Positions 17,300 to 32,809 of a stretch of DNA of 64,000 bases are shown in pieces. The position numbers were made by a program, and so were the translations under genes. Each line of letters begins with the position of its first letter. Within the stretch, counting starts at the first letter, position 1. Where the stretch lies: assembly GCA_002269645.1 (NCBI GenBank), contig NIVC01001079.1, positions 252,504 through 316,503 on the forward strand, given 5' to 3'. The notes under the pieces were generated by a model. That model was not told where the DNA came from and searched no databases. It saw nothing but the letters and a program-made list of their open reading frames with translations. This DNA comes from Macrostomum lignano (lineage: Eukaryota).

Positions 17300-18128
17300 G
17301 CTTCAAGGTCTGTCTCAGACTGTCTGTCACATGGTGTCAAGGTCTATCTGTCACATTGTGTCAAGGTCTATCTGTCACATTGTGTCAAGGTCTATCTGTC
17401 ACATTGTGTCAAGGTCTATCTGTCACATTGTGTCAAGGTCTATCTTTCACATGGTGTCAAGGTCTATCTGTCACATGGTGTCAAGGTCTATCTGTCACAT
17501 GGTGTCAAGGTCTATCTGTCACATGGTGTCAAGGTGTCACTTGATGTCAAGGTCTATCTGTCACATGGTGTCAAGGTCTATCTGTCACATTGTGTCAAGG
17601 TCTATCTGTCACATTGTGTCAAGGTCTATCTGTCACATTGTGTCAAGGTCTATCTGTCACATTGTGTCAAGGTCTATCTTTCACATGGTGTCAAGGTCTA
17701 TCTGTCACATGGTGTCAAGGTCTATCTGTCACATGGTGTCAAGGTCTATCTGTCACATGGTGTCAAGGTGTCACTTGATGTCAAGGTCTATCTGTCACAT
17801 GGTGTCAAGGTCTATCTGTCACATGGTGTCAAGGTGTCACTTGATGTCAAGGTCTATCTGTCACATGGTGTCAAGGTGTCACTTGATGTCAAGGTCTATC
17901 TGTCACATGGTGTCAAGGTGTCACTTGATGTCAAGGTCTATCTTTCACATGGTGTCAAGGTCTAACTGTCACATTGTGTCAAGGTCTATCTTTCACATGG
18001 TGTCAAGGTCTATCTGTCTGTCACATTGTTTCAAGGTCTATCTGTCACATTGTTTCAAGGTCTATCTGTCACATGGTGTCAAGGTCTATCTGTCACATGG
18101 TGTCAAGGTCTATCTGTCACATGGTGTC
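17300..18128. repeat. 24-bp minisatellite TGTCACATGGTGTCAAGGTCTATC with variant units
   Basis: 8-codon periodicity; the variant GTGTCACTTGATGTCAAGG is interspersed; preceded by a CT-rich tract related to 18965-19230. Confidence 0.93.
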
Positions 18129-18909
18129 TGAGACGACGGTCAACGCCAGGGATCCGCAACGCTCAGACAAACTTTTCTGGATCACATGACAAAAAGCTCA
18201 GGTTAAAAAAAAATTATTCTGAGTTATGAGTCATGTAATAACTGGGAGTTATTACTATATTAATAAATAGAGCATCGCATCAAAGTCTATTGAAAATATT
18301 TTCGGGATCTTTTTATCCCGTTTTGCTTCCAGTCCAACAAGCATTAAGAGGTCCTTGACTCTCTGGCTTAAGTTGCTTTCTTCAATTCAAGAGACTTGGC
18401 TGACTAAATTGGGATCATAAATTATTAACTGGGATCGGATCGCCCATCCCGGCACAAATGAGAAGCGAAACCCGCGGAGCCTGTCAAACCAACCCCCCCC
18501 CCAGCCTCTCGGATCCCTTCATCAAGGTTGGAGATCTTAAAATTATAGCCTGTTTCTTACTTCTATCCCCGCTGCAGCTCAAGGCACAAGAGAACGGGAG
18601 ACTGGAATTTTACAATCTCCTCTATTCCTCATCAACCCACCCCGTGCTCTCCCGTGCATTGTTGGAAGACAAGGGAGCCGTATTAGAGCCATATAAGCCT
18701 CGAGCTAACCATGCGCTTTGCATGCTCAAGCTACTTGGGCCTTTTACAAGCTTTTGGAAAACATTTTCCTTCATTAAAATCCAGCTTTTTTCTGCGAAAC
18801 TAGATTACGTTTCCAATAGTTCAACACAATCGATATAGAGAAGATGATGTTTGATTTCATGAGCTTTCCAAAGTACAAAGACAATGCGTTGAAACTCGGG
18901 CGTTTAAGG

Positions 18910-19306
18910 CAGGGGTGAGCAGACTCCGGCCATATGCGGCCCGCAAAGCCTCTCTATCCAGCCCTTGGGTCCTTGGACACTTCATAATAGCAATCCAGCC
19001 CGCTCAAGGTTTGTCTCTTCTCAGCTATCTCTCCTGCTCTCCTCTCATCTCCTCTCTCTTCTTCTCTCCTCTCCTCTCCTCTCCTCTCCTCTCTTCTCCT
19101 CTCCTCTTATCTCCTTTCTTATCACTCATCTCTTCTTTCATAGCCTCGATCTTATCTCGCCTCTCACCTCCTCTCTCTTTTGTTATCTCTCATCTTCTCT
19201 TTCGCCTCTTTCCCTCATTCCCTCTCCTTTCCACTCTCATCTGGCCCGCAGCCATTGAGCTGGATTCTTTATCTGGGCCTTGAGCTAAAAATTTGCCCGA
19301 CCCCAG
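18910..19306 (+). mobile_element. hAT-Charlie-type MITE
   Basis: 5' CAGGGGTGAGCAGACTCCGGCC..GGCCCGC, 3' TTTGCCCGACCCCAG; 8-bp TSD GTTTAAGG / ATTTAAGG (7 of 8 match); CT-rich interior. Confidence 0.8.
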
Positions 19307-20104
19307 ATTTAAGGGGTAAGTTAACTCGAGTTTTTAGGTGCCGACTTGAGTATGTTATAAGCGGTAATTCGAGAACTTGGCTGTTTGGGTTGAAATGCAA
19401 GTGCCACAAAATCAGGGAGGTAGGTATTTGAAAAGGAAACGCATACCAAAACTACTGCAGTATCATTTATTGCCTTCCAAAAAGTTTCCCACCAAATAGG
19501 AACTCCATAAACAAGCTCAATAAAGACCGAATTCCCAAAGCTCAGGTTATCAGGTAGGTAGATAACAATATAATTCCCTACTGAGTCGAATCCCTACTGG
19601 GAGATAAAACAAACCGAGATGTATCGTGATTTGGAAAGATGACTTCATCGCTCGCGCGACCCCCGTATCATTCAGTCATTCAGTTCGGTCTCAGAAACAG
19701 GCATCAAAATGAAATTACAACAACGAACAGTAGGGCTCCCACCTGACAGTGCACGTGACAGTTCTCGGGAGTCTGAGGCGCTTGAGGGACATCAAAACCA
19801 TTAAAAAATTTTATATAGCCAACCACATTCTTATATAGCTCGTAACCCTTCCGTATAGCAATAAAATTGTCGCTAAGCCAGCTCTGTCTGTTGGTATTGT
19901 AGCGAAATTTCCCAAAAGCAATAGTTATCGCTGTTTACCGTGGGAGACTACTAAAAATCGGTCTTCTCTCGAACAAGGGCGCGCTGGCATTTAGAAAAGT
20001 TCAAGGCTCTTTTGAGTTGGCTTTTGACTTACAGATAACTAATTTGGTCTTTTGGCGTCATCACTGAGTCACTTCTCACTCATACCTTTATTCGCGCCTA
20101 TCAC

Positions 20105-20585
20105 GCATATCTTGGCGCCCTTAAACATATCTTGGCGCCCTAAAACATAACTTGGCGCTCTTAAACGTATCTTGGCGACATCACCCCTATCTTGGCGCCA
20201 TCACCCCTATCTTGGCGACATCACCACTTTTCTTGGTGACATCACCCCTATCTCGGCGATATCACCCCTATCTTGGCGACATCACCCCTATCTTGGCACC
20301 ATCAACCCCTTATCTTGGCGCCATCACCCCTATCTTGGAGACATCACGCCTATCTTGGAGACATCACCCCTATCTTGGCGACATCACCACTTTTCTTGGT
20401 GACATCACCCCTATCTCGGCGATATCACCCCTATCTTGGCGACATCACCCCTATCTCGGCGATATCACCCCTATCTTGGCGCCATCACCCCTATCTTGGC
20501 GACATCACCCCTATCTTGGCGACATCACCCCCTTATCTTGGCGCCATCAACCCTATCTTGGCGCTTTTAAATATATCTTAGCGCC
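20105..20585. repeat. 20-bp minisatellite CTTGGCGACATCACCCCTAT
   Basis: Direct reading; some units carry 1-2 nt indels. Confidence 0.92.
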
Positions 20586-21225
20586 CTTACACCTACCTTG
20601 GTGCCAACTAGACCATTACCTGTACCTAAACAAACACACATTGTTGAATTTTGACTTAACCTTCTTACCTGCAAAAAATATACATTTGTAGCTTAACTGC
20701 AAAGCAGTTTATCTCTGTTATTGGTGCTTTTTTGCATACATGTAAGCAAATCTGATTATATTATGGAATCGCATGAGCAGGACTCAGCAGCCTGCATGCA
20801 TGCAGTTAAAGATGCCAGGTATTGATGAGTAGAATTTCAACAAGAGTCTCAAAATTATGAAATTGAAGAGAAGTGAAAGATGCTCAAGTAATCATAAAAA
20901 AATAGAACGACTATAAATTCTATACTTTAGTTCCAGTATCCTTTATTTTTCCTAAAAATCTTATTTGTAAGCCTTTTTCGTATTGTCGAAATTGGGTAAT
21001 AAACCCAAGTTTTTTTCTCGTGTTATCGTGCGATTCAGAAGCCAGCCAAGCCAAAGCAGAAGAATAGAGAGATTGCAATCTGCGATTATGTTTGCCAAGC
21101 CAAGCCAAGTATATAGATTGTTTGAAAGGCGGTGCTTGAAGATTGAAGAGACGAATGAGTTAAGAGAAGTGGAAGTCCAGGAACACAGTAGCAGTCCTTG
21201 CTCGCCCCCCTCACTTCCGTGAGAA

Positions 21226-21267
21226 CCAACAGACCAATAAGTATAAGTGCTTATTATTGGTCTGTGG
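21226..21267. mobile_element. 42-bp hairpin insertion with 6-bp flanking duplication
   Basis: CCAACAGACCAATAA...TTATTGGTCTGTGG flanked by TGAGAA at 21220-25 and 21268-73. Confidence 0.65.
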
Positions 21268-21370
21268 TGAGAACCCCTGTTACTCCGACTTCCGACTTCC
21301 GAACTAGAGTGTGTTTCACAAACTTAGACGCTTCGCGAACAAGAAACTACACAAACTAATATTAACAATT

Positions 21371-21670
21371 ATATATATATATTAATTGATTACACCTGCC
21401 CCAATTGGGCCAGATGTGCAACCGACAGCTCAGCCGCAGCTATTGCGCGGCGCATCTGAAGGCTGCGTACGGCTGTTCAGTCCAAGGACTGGGGGGTCGC
21501 CACGCACACCCTCAATTACCCCAGCTAATGCTGGCACCCATTTTACAGCTGGGTGAACTGAAGCAATGCAGAGTTAAGTGTCTTGCTCAAGGACACAAAT
21601 TGTTGCGAATGGGTCGGGAATCGAACCCACGACCTTTAAGTCGTTAGTCCGACGCTCAAACCACTAGGCA
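21371..21670 (-). mobile_element. tRNA-headed CORE-SINE (MIR-like)
   Basis: Minus strand: A box TAGTGGTTTGAGC, B box GGTTCGATTCC, then GTGTCCTTGAGCAAGACACTTAAC...CAGCTGTAAAATGGG (matches the MIR CORE consensus pattern) and an (AT)n tail. Confidence 0.85.
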
Positions 21671-22489
21671 ATTGTCAAATTTGAATTTTCAACTAAGATC
21701 TATTTGTTTTATTTCTAGTTTAGAGTTTTCCAATCCAGTTTTGGGTTTCTTTCAATGGTCCTCAGTTGGTGCTCTGTTATGAATAATCGCCATTTTGATT
21801 CACCAGCTTCTCCCGCTTGTCTCCCCAGATTTGATCTGATAATTGACGGTTTCGAGGGGTGGGGGGCGGGTGGCGGGGCGGACGGGGATAGACATAGACA
21901 GGCGGGTCGCATTCGTGAGCTTCTGGTCCACTAGAGCCGTGAGGAGCCGTGAAGGCTTGAAAAATGTCTCGCTGTTTCAGTCACAGCTAAAGCTATACTT
22001 CAGCTTAAATTGCAGTTTCGAAGAAATCCTGGAATTTGAATTTTTAATGATGAAGAGTCGCATTATTTGTTTTTTTCAATAGAATGGTTTCACAACGCCT
22101 TATTTTTATTCTTTCATGATGTGAAATGTAATAGATCACGTGATTAATTAATTGTTCAAGTCATAGTTGTGAAATTTGATGCGTAACTTCTAATAACTTC
22201 TTAGAAGCCGCTTTGAAAGTTCAGGACAATAGACCGAGCCAAATAACAATTTTACAGATCAAACAATTGATCAAAATTAAAAACGATTCCGAAATCAATC
22301 ACATTAATCGGCATGTTTTCTAGCTATGGATGCTAAATAAAAAGGCAAGAATCGACATTGTGCTCGTTTTGAAGAAAAATGAACATAATTATAGCTTTGC
22401 CTGCTATTTAGCTCCTACAGGGAGTAATTGTATGAATTGATTGACTCCACCGGCCCCACCTTCTGTCTTCATTTAACGATTTCATCGAG

Positions 22490-23940
22490 AATTCAAGGTA
22501 TTCAGGACCTCAGCATCCATGTCCCTCAGCTTCCTCAGTGTACTTCATGTATTCAGGACCGCCTCCTCAGTGTCCCTCGGGTTATTCAGGACTGCCTCCT
22601 CAGTGTCCCTCAGGTATTCAGGACCGCCTCCTCAGTGTCCCTCGGGTTATTCAGGACTGCCTCCTCAGTGTCCCTCGGGTTATTCAGGACTGCCTCCTCA
22701 GTGTACCTCAGGTATTCGAAACCGCGCCCTCCTCAGTGTCCCTCAGGTATTCAGGACCGCCTCCTCAGTGTCCCTCGGGTTATTCAGGACTGCCTCTTCA
22801 CTGTCCCTCAGGTATTCAGGACCGCCTCCTTAGTGTCCCTCAGGTATTCAGGACCGCCTCCTCAGTGTCCCTCAGGTATTCGAAACCGCGCCCTTCTAAG
22901 TGTCCCTCGGGTTATTCAGGACCGCCTCCTCAGTGTCCTTCAGGTATCCAGGACCGCCTCCTCAGTGTCCTTCAGGTATTCAGGACCGCCTCTTCAGTGT
23001 ACCTCAGGTATTCGAAACCGCGTCCTCCTCAGTGTCCTTCAGGTATTCAGGACCGCCTCCTCAGTGTACCTTAGGTATTCGAAACCGCGTCCTCCTCAGT
23101 GTCCCTCAGGTATTCAGGACCGCCTCCTCAGTGTCCCTCGGGTTATTCAGGACCGCCTCTTCAGTGTACCTCAGGTATTCAAAACCGCGCCCTCCTCAGT
23201 GTCCCTCAGGTATTCAGAACCGCCTCCTCAGTGTCCCTCAGGTATTCAGAACCGCCTCCTCAGTGTCCTTCAGGTATTCAGGACCGCCTCCTCAGTGTCC
23301 CTCAGGTATTCAGGACCGCCTCCTCAGTGTCCCTCAGGTATTCAGAACCGCCTCCTCAGTGTCCCTCAGGTATTCGAAACCGCGCCCTCCTAAGTGTCCC
23401 TCGGGTTATTCAGGACCGCCTCCTCAGTGTCCTTCAGGTATCCAGGACCGCCTCCTCAGTGTCCTTCAGGTATTCAGGACCGCCTCTTCAGTGTACCTCA
23501 GGTATTCGAAACCGCGTCCTCCTCAGTGTCCTTCAGGTATTCAGGACCGCCTCCTCAGTGTACCTTAGGTATTCGAAACCGCGTCCTCCTCAGTGTCCCT
23601 CAGGTATTCAGGACCGCCTCCTCAGTGTCCCTCGGGTTATTCAGGACCGCCTCTTCAGTGTACCTCAGGTATTCAAAACCGCGCCCTCCTCAGTGTCCTC
23701 AGGTATTCAGAACCGCCTCCTCAGTGTCCCTCAGGTATTCAGAACCGCCTCCTCAGTGTCCTTCAGGTATTCAGGACCGCCTCCTCAGTGTCCCTCAGGT
23801 ATTCAGGACCGCCTCCTCAGTGTCCCTCAGGTATTCAGGACCGCCTCCTCAGTGTCCCTCAGGTATTCAGAACCGCCTCCTCAGTGTCCCTCAGGTATTC
23901 AGTACCGCCTCCTCAGTGTCCCTCAGGTATTCAGAACCGC
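22490..23940. repeat. 32-bp minisatellite TCAGGACCGCCTCCTCAGTGTCCCTCAGGTAT with 33/35-bp variants
   Basis: Unit starts at 23281 and 23313; the variants CGGGTTAT and CGAAACCGCG recur in higher-order blocks. Confidence 0.95.
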
Positions 23941-24414
23941 ATTAATAAAAAATCTAAGAGCAAAAAGTAGACTAAGAGCTGAAGTGGTCTCATTGACTAA
24001 TTCTCATATAAAAATCAATCATTCCGGATTAGGTTATCTAACGTGCGCCTTTATACTGTAATACGCTATAATCCACCCGATACAGTGTGAGCAATATAGA
24101 ATCTGAAACAAAGAAGACAGGCACATCAAGGATGCACAGGTCTGAGAGCGATTGCCAGATTATAGAAAAAAATCAAAGGATTACGCAGAAACGGTCTGTC
24201 ATAAAAGAATGGTAATTAATAATTGATAATTTAACTAGGTTGAAAAATCTCTAATTGCACGCAAGGTTAGGCTTAAGACGATAAAAAAGTATTGCTTTAA
24301 GTTTAGCAAGCTGAGTACACCAAAAGAGTTTTAATTGGCTAGTTGGGGAATCGCAGTAATCATTCGCGAATTCTATGCTAGAATACAGTTCGAAAATGAA
24401 TTTAATTTCAAAGA

Positions 24415-25788
24415 CGGGAGACAGGTAGAGAGCGGAGAGGAGGGCGGAGAGTCACGGGGAGAGAGGAGATGAGGTGAATGAAGGTTGGACACACGGGGAG
24501 GGCGGAGAGACACGGGTAGAGAGGAGAGTAGGGGCGGAGAGACATGGGGAGAGAGGAGAGGAGGGCGGAGAGTCACGGGGAGAGAGGAGAGGAGGGCGGA
24601 GAGTCACGGAGAGAGAGGAGAGGAGGGCGGAGAGTCACGGGGAGAGAGGAGAGGAGGGCGGAGAGTCACGGGGAGAGAGGAGAGGAGGGCGGAGAGTCAC
24701 GGGGAGAGAGGAGATGAGGTGAATGAAGGTTGGACACACGGGGAGGGAGGAGAGACACGGGTAGAGAGGAGAGTAGGGGCGGAGAGACATGGGGAGAGAG
24801 GAGAGGAGGGCGGAGAGTCACGAGGAGAGAGGAGAGGAGGGCGGAGAGTCACGGGGAGAGAGGAGAGGAGGGCGGAGAGTCACGGAGAGAGAGGAGAGGA
24901 GGGCGGAGAGACACGGGTAGAGAGGAGAGTAGGGGCGGAGAGACATGGGGAGAGAGGAGAGGAGGGCGGAGAGTCACGAGGAGAGAGGAGAGGAGGGCGG
25001 AGAGTCACGGGGAGAGAGGAGAGGAGGGCGGAGAGTCACGGAGAGAGAGGAGAGGAGGGCGGAGAGTCACGGGGAGAGAGGAGAGGAGGGCGGAGAGTCA
25101 CGGAGAGAGAGGAGAGGAGGGCGGAGAGTCACGGGGAGAGAGGAGAGGAGGGCGGAGAGTCACGGAGAGAGAGGAGAGGAGGGCGGAGAGTCACGGGGAG
25201 AGAGGAGAGGAGGGCGGAGAGTCACGGGGAGAGAGGAGAGGAGGGCGGAGAGTCACGGGGAGAGAGGAGATGAGGTGAATGAAGGTTGGACACACGGGGA
25301 GGGAGGAGAGACACGGGTAGAGAGGAGAGTAGGGGCGGAGAGACATGGGGAGAGAGGAGAGGAGGGCGGAGAGTCACGAGGAGAGAGGAGAGGAGGGCGG
25401 AGAGTCACGGGGAGAGAGGAGAGGAGGGCGGAGAGTCACGGAGAGAGAGGAGAGGAGGGCGGAGAGTCACGGGGAGAGAGGAGAGGAGGGCGGAGAGTCA
25501 CGGAGAGAGAGGAGAGGAGGGCGGAGAGTCACGGGGAGAGAGGAGAGGAGGGCGGAGAGTCACGGGGAGAGAGGAGAGGAGGGCGGAGAGTCACGGGGAG
25601 AGAGGAGAGGAGGGCGGAGAGTCACGGGGAGAGAGGAGAGGAGGGCGGAGAGTCACGGGGAGAGAGGAGAGGAGGGCGGAGAGTCACGGGGAGAGAGGAG
25701 AGGAGGGCGGAGAGTCACGGGGAGAGAGGAGAGGAGGGCGGAGAGTCACGGGGAGAGAGGAGAGGAGGGCGGAGAGTCACGGGGAGAG
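24415..25788. repeat. 31-bp purine-rich minisatellite GGAGAGAGGAGAGGAGGGCGGAGAGTCACGG with a higher-order marker block
   Basis: Unit starts at 25561 and 25592; the block GAGATGAGGTGAATGAAGGTTGGACACACGG recurs at about 24467, 24712 and 25268. Confidence 0.95.
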
Positions 25789-25793
25789 TCAAG

Positions 25794-28471
<2,678 letters not shown>

Positions 28472-29016
28472 GCGCCACCTAGCTGCTCTCACCTCTGTTG
28501 CCAGGCCAAATTCAACTTGAGGCAATAAGCCGGAGTTTCTCCCTTCTCTTAGGCCTGAATTTCTTTGTTTCTCGCCCCTCTCCCCTGAGAGAGGCAGAGG
28601 GAGGGGGTGGGGAGGGGTGGGGGCCCGCGGGCGGCAGACGCGGCGCGTACATCGCCTTCAATTCTCACCCATTAGGGCTGTACAAAATCGCCATGCAAAC
28701 CCCGGTTAGTAGTTAATTGCAGACTTACATGTATAAGCGTTCTCACTGCCAGCTAAAGCTTGCTTCATTGAACGCAAATAGGGCTAAAATGTTGTGAAAA
28801 TTAAAAAAATAATTGAGTAGTATGGTGAAGACAGGGCTTGCTGGGGTGTTAGATAGCCAAAAAGAAGCTTTGTTGTCAGAATCAATGCTCTCTTTTTACT
28901 TGAAATATTTTTGGAGTTCCTTCCTTCTCTCTCTCTCTCTCTTCTTTTGCTCCTATCCCATCTTTCCATTACTTTCTGAATCCCCTTGAGATAATGATTG
29001 CACTTAATTTTTATTG

Positions 29017-30262
29017 ACCACGCCGGTAAAAACGGCTTGGCATAGCAGAGTGTCAAACTGGCATATGCAGCGATAGTCTATGGCCAGGCCTGCTGACCAC
29101 GCCGGTAAAAACGGCTTTGCACAGCAGTGTCAAACTGGCATATGCAGCGATAGTCTATGGCCAGGCCTGCTGACCACGCCGGTATAAACGGCTTTGCACA
29201 GCAGTGTCAAACTGGCATTTGCAGCGATAGTCTATGGCCAGGCCTGCTGACCACGCCGGTATAAACGGCTTTGCACAGCAGTGTCAAACTGGCATATGCA
29301 GCGATAGTCTATGGCCAGGCCTGCTGACCACGCCGGTATAAACGGCTTTGCACAGCAGTGTCAAACTGGCATATGCAGCGATAGTCTATGGCCAGGCCTG
29401 CTGACCACGCCGGTATAAACGGCTTTGCACAGCAGTGTCAAACTGGCATTTGCAGCGATAGTCTATGGCCAGGCCTGCTGACCATGTCGGTAAAAACTGC
29501 TTTGCACAGCAGTGTCAAACTGGCATTTGCAGCGATAGTCTATGGCCAGGCCTGCTGACCATGTCGGTATAAACGGCTTTGCACAGCAGTGTCAAACTGG
29601 CATTTGCAGCGATAGTCTATGGCCAGGCCTGCTGACCATGTCGGTATAAACGGCTTTGCACAGCAGTGTCAAACTGGCATTTGCAGCGATAGTCTATGGC
29701 CAGGCCTGCTGACCATGTCGGTATAAACGGCTTTGCACAGCAGTGTCAAACTGGCATATGCAGCGATAGTCTATGGCCAGGCCTGCTGACCATGTCGGTA
29801 AAAACGGCTTTGCACAGCAGTGTCAAACTGGCATTTGCAGCGATAGTCTATGGCCAGGCCTGCTGACCATGTCGGTAAAAACTGCTTTGCACAGCAGTGT
29901 CAAACTGGAATATGCAGCGATAGTCTATGGCCAGGCCTGCTGACCATGTCGGTAAAAACTGCTTTGCACAGCAGTGTCAAACTGGAATATGCAGCGATAG
30001 TCTATGGCCAGGCCTGCTGACCATGTCGGTATAAACGGCTTTGCACAGCAGTGTCAAACTGGCATTTGCAGCGATAGTCTATGGCCAGGCCTGCTGACCA
30101 TGTCGGTATAAACGGCTTTGCACAGCAGTGTCAAACTGGAATATGCAGCGATAGTCTATGGCCAGGCCTGCTGACCACGCCGGTATAAACGGCTTTGCAC
30201 AGCAGTGTCAAACTGGCATTTGCAGCGATAGTTTATGACCAGGCCTGCTAACAACACCGGTA
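29017..30262. repeat. 77-bp tandem satellite, 16 copies plus a partial copy
   Basis: Register points at 29101, 29178, 29255 ... 30179; no unique spacers. Confidence 0.95.
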
Positions 30263-30869
30263 AGAAATGCTTAAATTAAATTGCTGTCCAAGCCAAATTT
30301 TAATGTACGACATATAGCGAAGCTAAAAAATAAAAATTTGAAATTTGGACTTTACGTACAATGAAAACAAATAGGCTTGGCCAAAAGAGTTTTCCATTTA
30401 TTTAATTAAAAAACAGCTCTTACAGCAGCCCTATACGCGTAATCACAATCAGACGCATCGGAGCCATTGCAATTAAAATTCAATTGGCTAATGAAAACTG
30501 GGCGACATCATTAGCAAAAGTTATCCTTTCAAAAAACTGCACTATTCATTCGAACGGGTTGTTGACTCACTAGAGTTGTTTGTTTGATTTTCTGCTACTA
30601 AAAAGCATCAAAAACAATCCTTGTGCTTTTCCTACGGTCAGGAAAATGATCCTCGCCGAGTCGTTTCGTCAAATGACAGCTGTTGCGCTGCTGTCTTTAA
30701 GAACAAACTGATAGCCTATTTAATTGTTGCTGAATACGAACTACTTTACGCTCAATTTTCCGACTTTGAACTTTATCATACGACGTGCAAAGAACGTATT
30801 GTAAATTTTCAAGCGCTTCAAGAAGGCTGCAATCAATAGCATTCTTTAGTTCAGAATGCATTTCTTGCG

Positions 30870-31960
30870 TCACTGGAACGGATTGACGCACTCACACAGA
30901 GCTGTCGCGATGCCCGAATACGTGTTGGTTACATCATCGATACCAGTCACATGACTACTCCAGATGTTGGTCTTATTGTAGTTATCTCCGTGGTTTGGTT
31001 GTCCGGGCAGCCACACCTCGGGCAGGAAGCTCGAGTTGCAGCCGTGCCAGAACCAGGTGCCGCTAGCGAAACTGCCGACCCGGTAGCCGCCGACGAAATA
31101 CGAGGCGCCCGAGTTCGCATTGGTTTTGATCCAGTGCAGGTGGTCCACTTCGGCCCGGTCGATTCCGTCGGCGAACTTCGTGAGGCCGAGCTCGGCCTGG
31201 CAGATGGAGAGTCCGGTGGACCAGCTGGGAGCCGTGATCAGCCTGAGATTGTGGGTTTGCGATCCTTCATCATGCGTTGGCACTCTCATCTGCATCCGCA
31301 TTCGCATCCGCATCCACATCCACATCCACATCCACATTCGCATCCGCATCCGCATTCGCATTCACATCCACATCCGTATCCACATCCACATCCGCATCCG
31401 CATCCGCATCTACATCCGCATTCGTATCTCCTCTACACACTTGAGTGCTTATTATAATCGTTTTATTCATTGCACGTCACGAGCTCGAAAAATGCCCATC
31501 TCTCACGCATTGCATTGGCATACTAAAACACAATTGAGTCTTCACAGCCGCAAGACTCTGAGCCCGCATACCTGTACGTGGAGCTGAAATGCCGGTTGCC
31601 GTAGCCGTCCGGACACACCCGTCCGTCGGACAGTCCGGCCAGGCGTCTAACGAAGGCCCAGCCGAACTGGCTGCAGCTGTCCAGGTTGGCTCGGTGGCTG
31701 CAACTGTCGAACTCGAATGTCCGACACTGGCCGGAGTCGGGCTCCAGACGGAAGGCTCGGCACCGAGGCGAGCGGCTGCAAGCGCTGGCGCAAGCGACTT
31801 TTAGGTAAGGCGTCACTCCATCGGGTGCTCGGACGAACTCCGGCCGCAGGCAGAGGCGGATGTAGGCGTAAGCAAAGTTGCTCGTGACGTCTGAGGACTG
31901 TTGATGTACATTCGTAGCTTGTAGCCACAGCAGCAGCGCAATCAACGAGATTGATCTCAT
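30870..31960 (-). CDS. Secreted PAN/Apple-like + C-type-lectin-like protein, paralog A (2 exons, 253 aa)
   Basis: Exons 31572-31960 and 30870-31242 (AG|GTATG, CTCAG|G, phase 2; 762 nt). Hydrophobic signal peptide [15 protein letters not shown]; [17 protein letters not shown] (PAN-like); W..GLSIC...YFVGG...WFW...WLPGQPN...GIDDV...ALCEC (CTLD-like). Confidence 0.82.
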
Positions 31961-32809
31961 TCTAGAAGTTTAGTTTAAGGCTGCCAGTCTCAATTGAAGT
32001 TTTGAGCATACAATGTCTTTAATACAAATTGCTATTAAGTAAATTAAAGCAGGCATAGGGGTTGCTCAGCTACGGATGGCAATAATTTTAAACGAATCAG
32101 TTTGGACAGCCATCGCAAGCAAAGCCTGTTAGTTTTTCTGTTGCTTTTCGAGGCTTTTAATACTATTAAACTGATAAAGAGGGATTTAATTGCACAACCG
32201 AATTCCAATTTCACTAATTGCACTCATTCAAAACCAGATACTCGACATCTGACGACAAGTCTAAAATGGCTTTTTCAGAATTTCTCCAGAAGCTAACGAA
32301 TGCGAGCGTATAAACCTTTTCATTCTTTGGAACCCTAAAACACTTTATTGAACGTATTATTTTGAACGATACGCAATCGAATTGAGGTGTCAATCGAGTA
32401 AATCGATTGACAGTTGATAAGGCTTTCCAAACTTCTCCAAATAATGGAGTCAAAAGCACTGGAGTTCAAGTCTCGACGAGTCATTGAAGTTCTCGACACC
32501 AACTCAAAGATGTAGATTTATCTGATATGTGCACTCAAAAGCCTAATTGGTTTTTAATGGCTAAGCGCACACGCTTGGACTGGATATCATTTGATTGACA
32601 TACAGTAAAATTCATTGTAGGGTTGTAGAAAGGTAGAAAGTACCTTTATTCGAATTTGGGGTTTTTCACCTATGTACACCTGTAAACCAGTGTTTTAATT
32701 AAAAACTCCAACTCCCTCTGTTTCCATTGCCTATCTATGCGCTAATGATATACGAGCTTGAGGCCGTTTCCATTGCCTATCTATGCGCGAATGATATACG
32801 AGCTTGAGG

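Noticed and set aside
21601-21670. tRNA gene
   Set aside because: The A/B boxes run directly into a CORE domain and AT tail, and no full cloverleaf is evident; it is a SINE head.
29017-30262. CRISPR-like regular array
   Set aside because: The units are contiguous 77-bp repeats with no unique spacers, there are no cas genes, and the context is eukaryotic.
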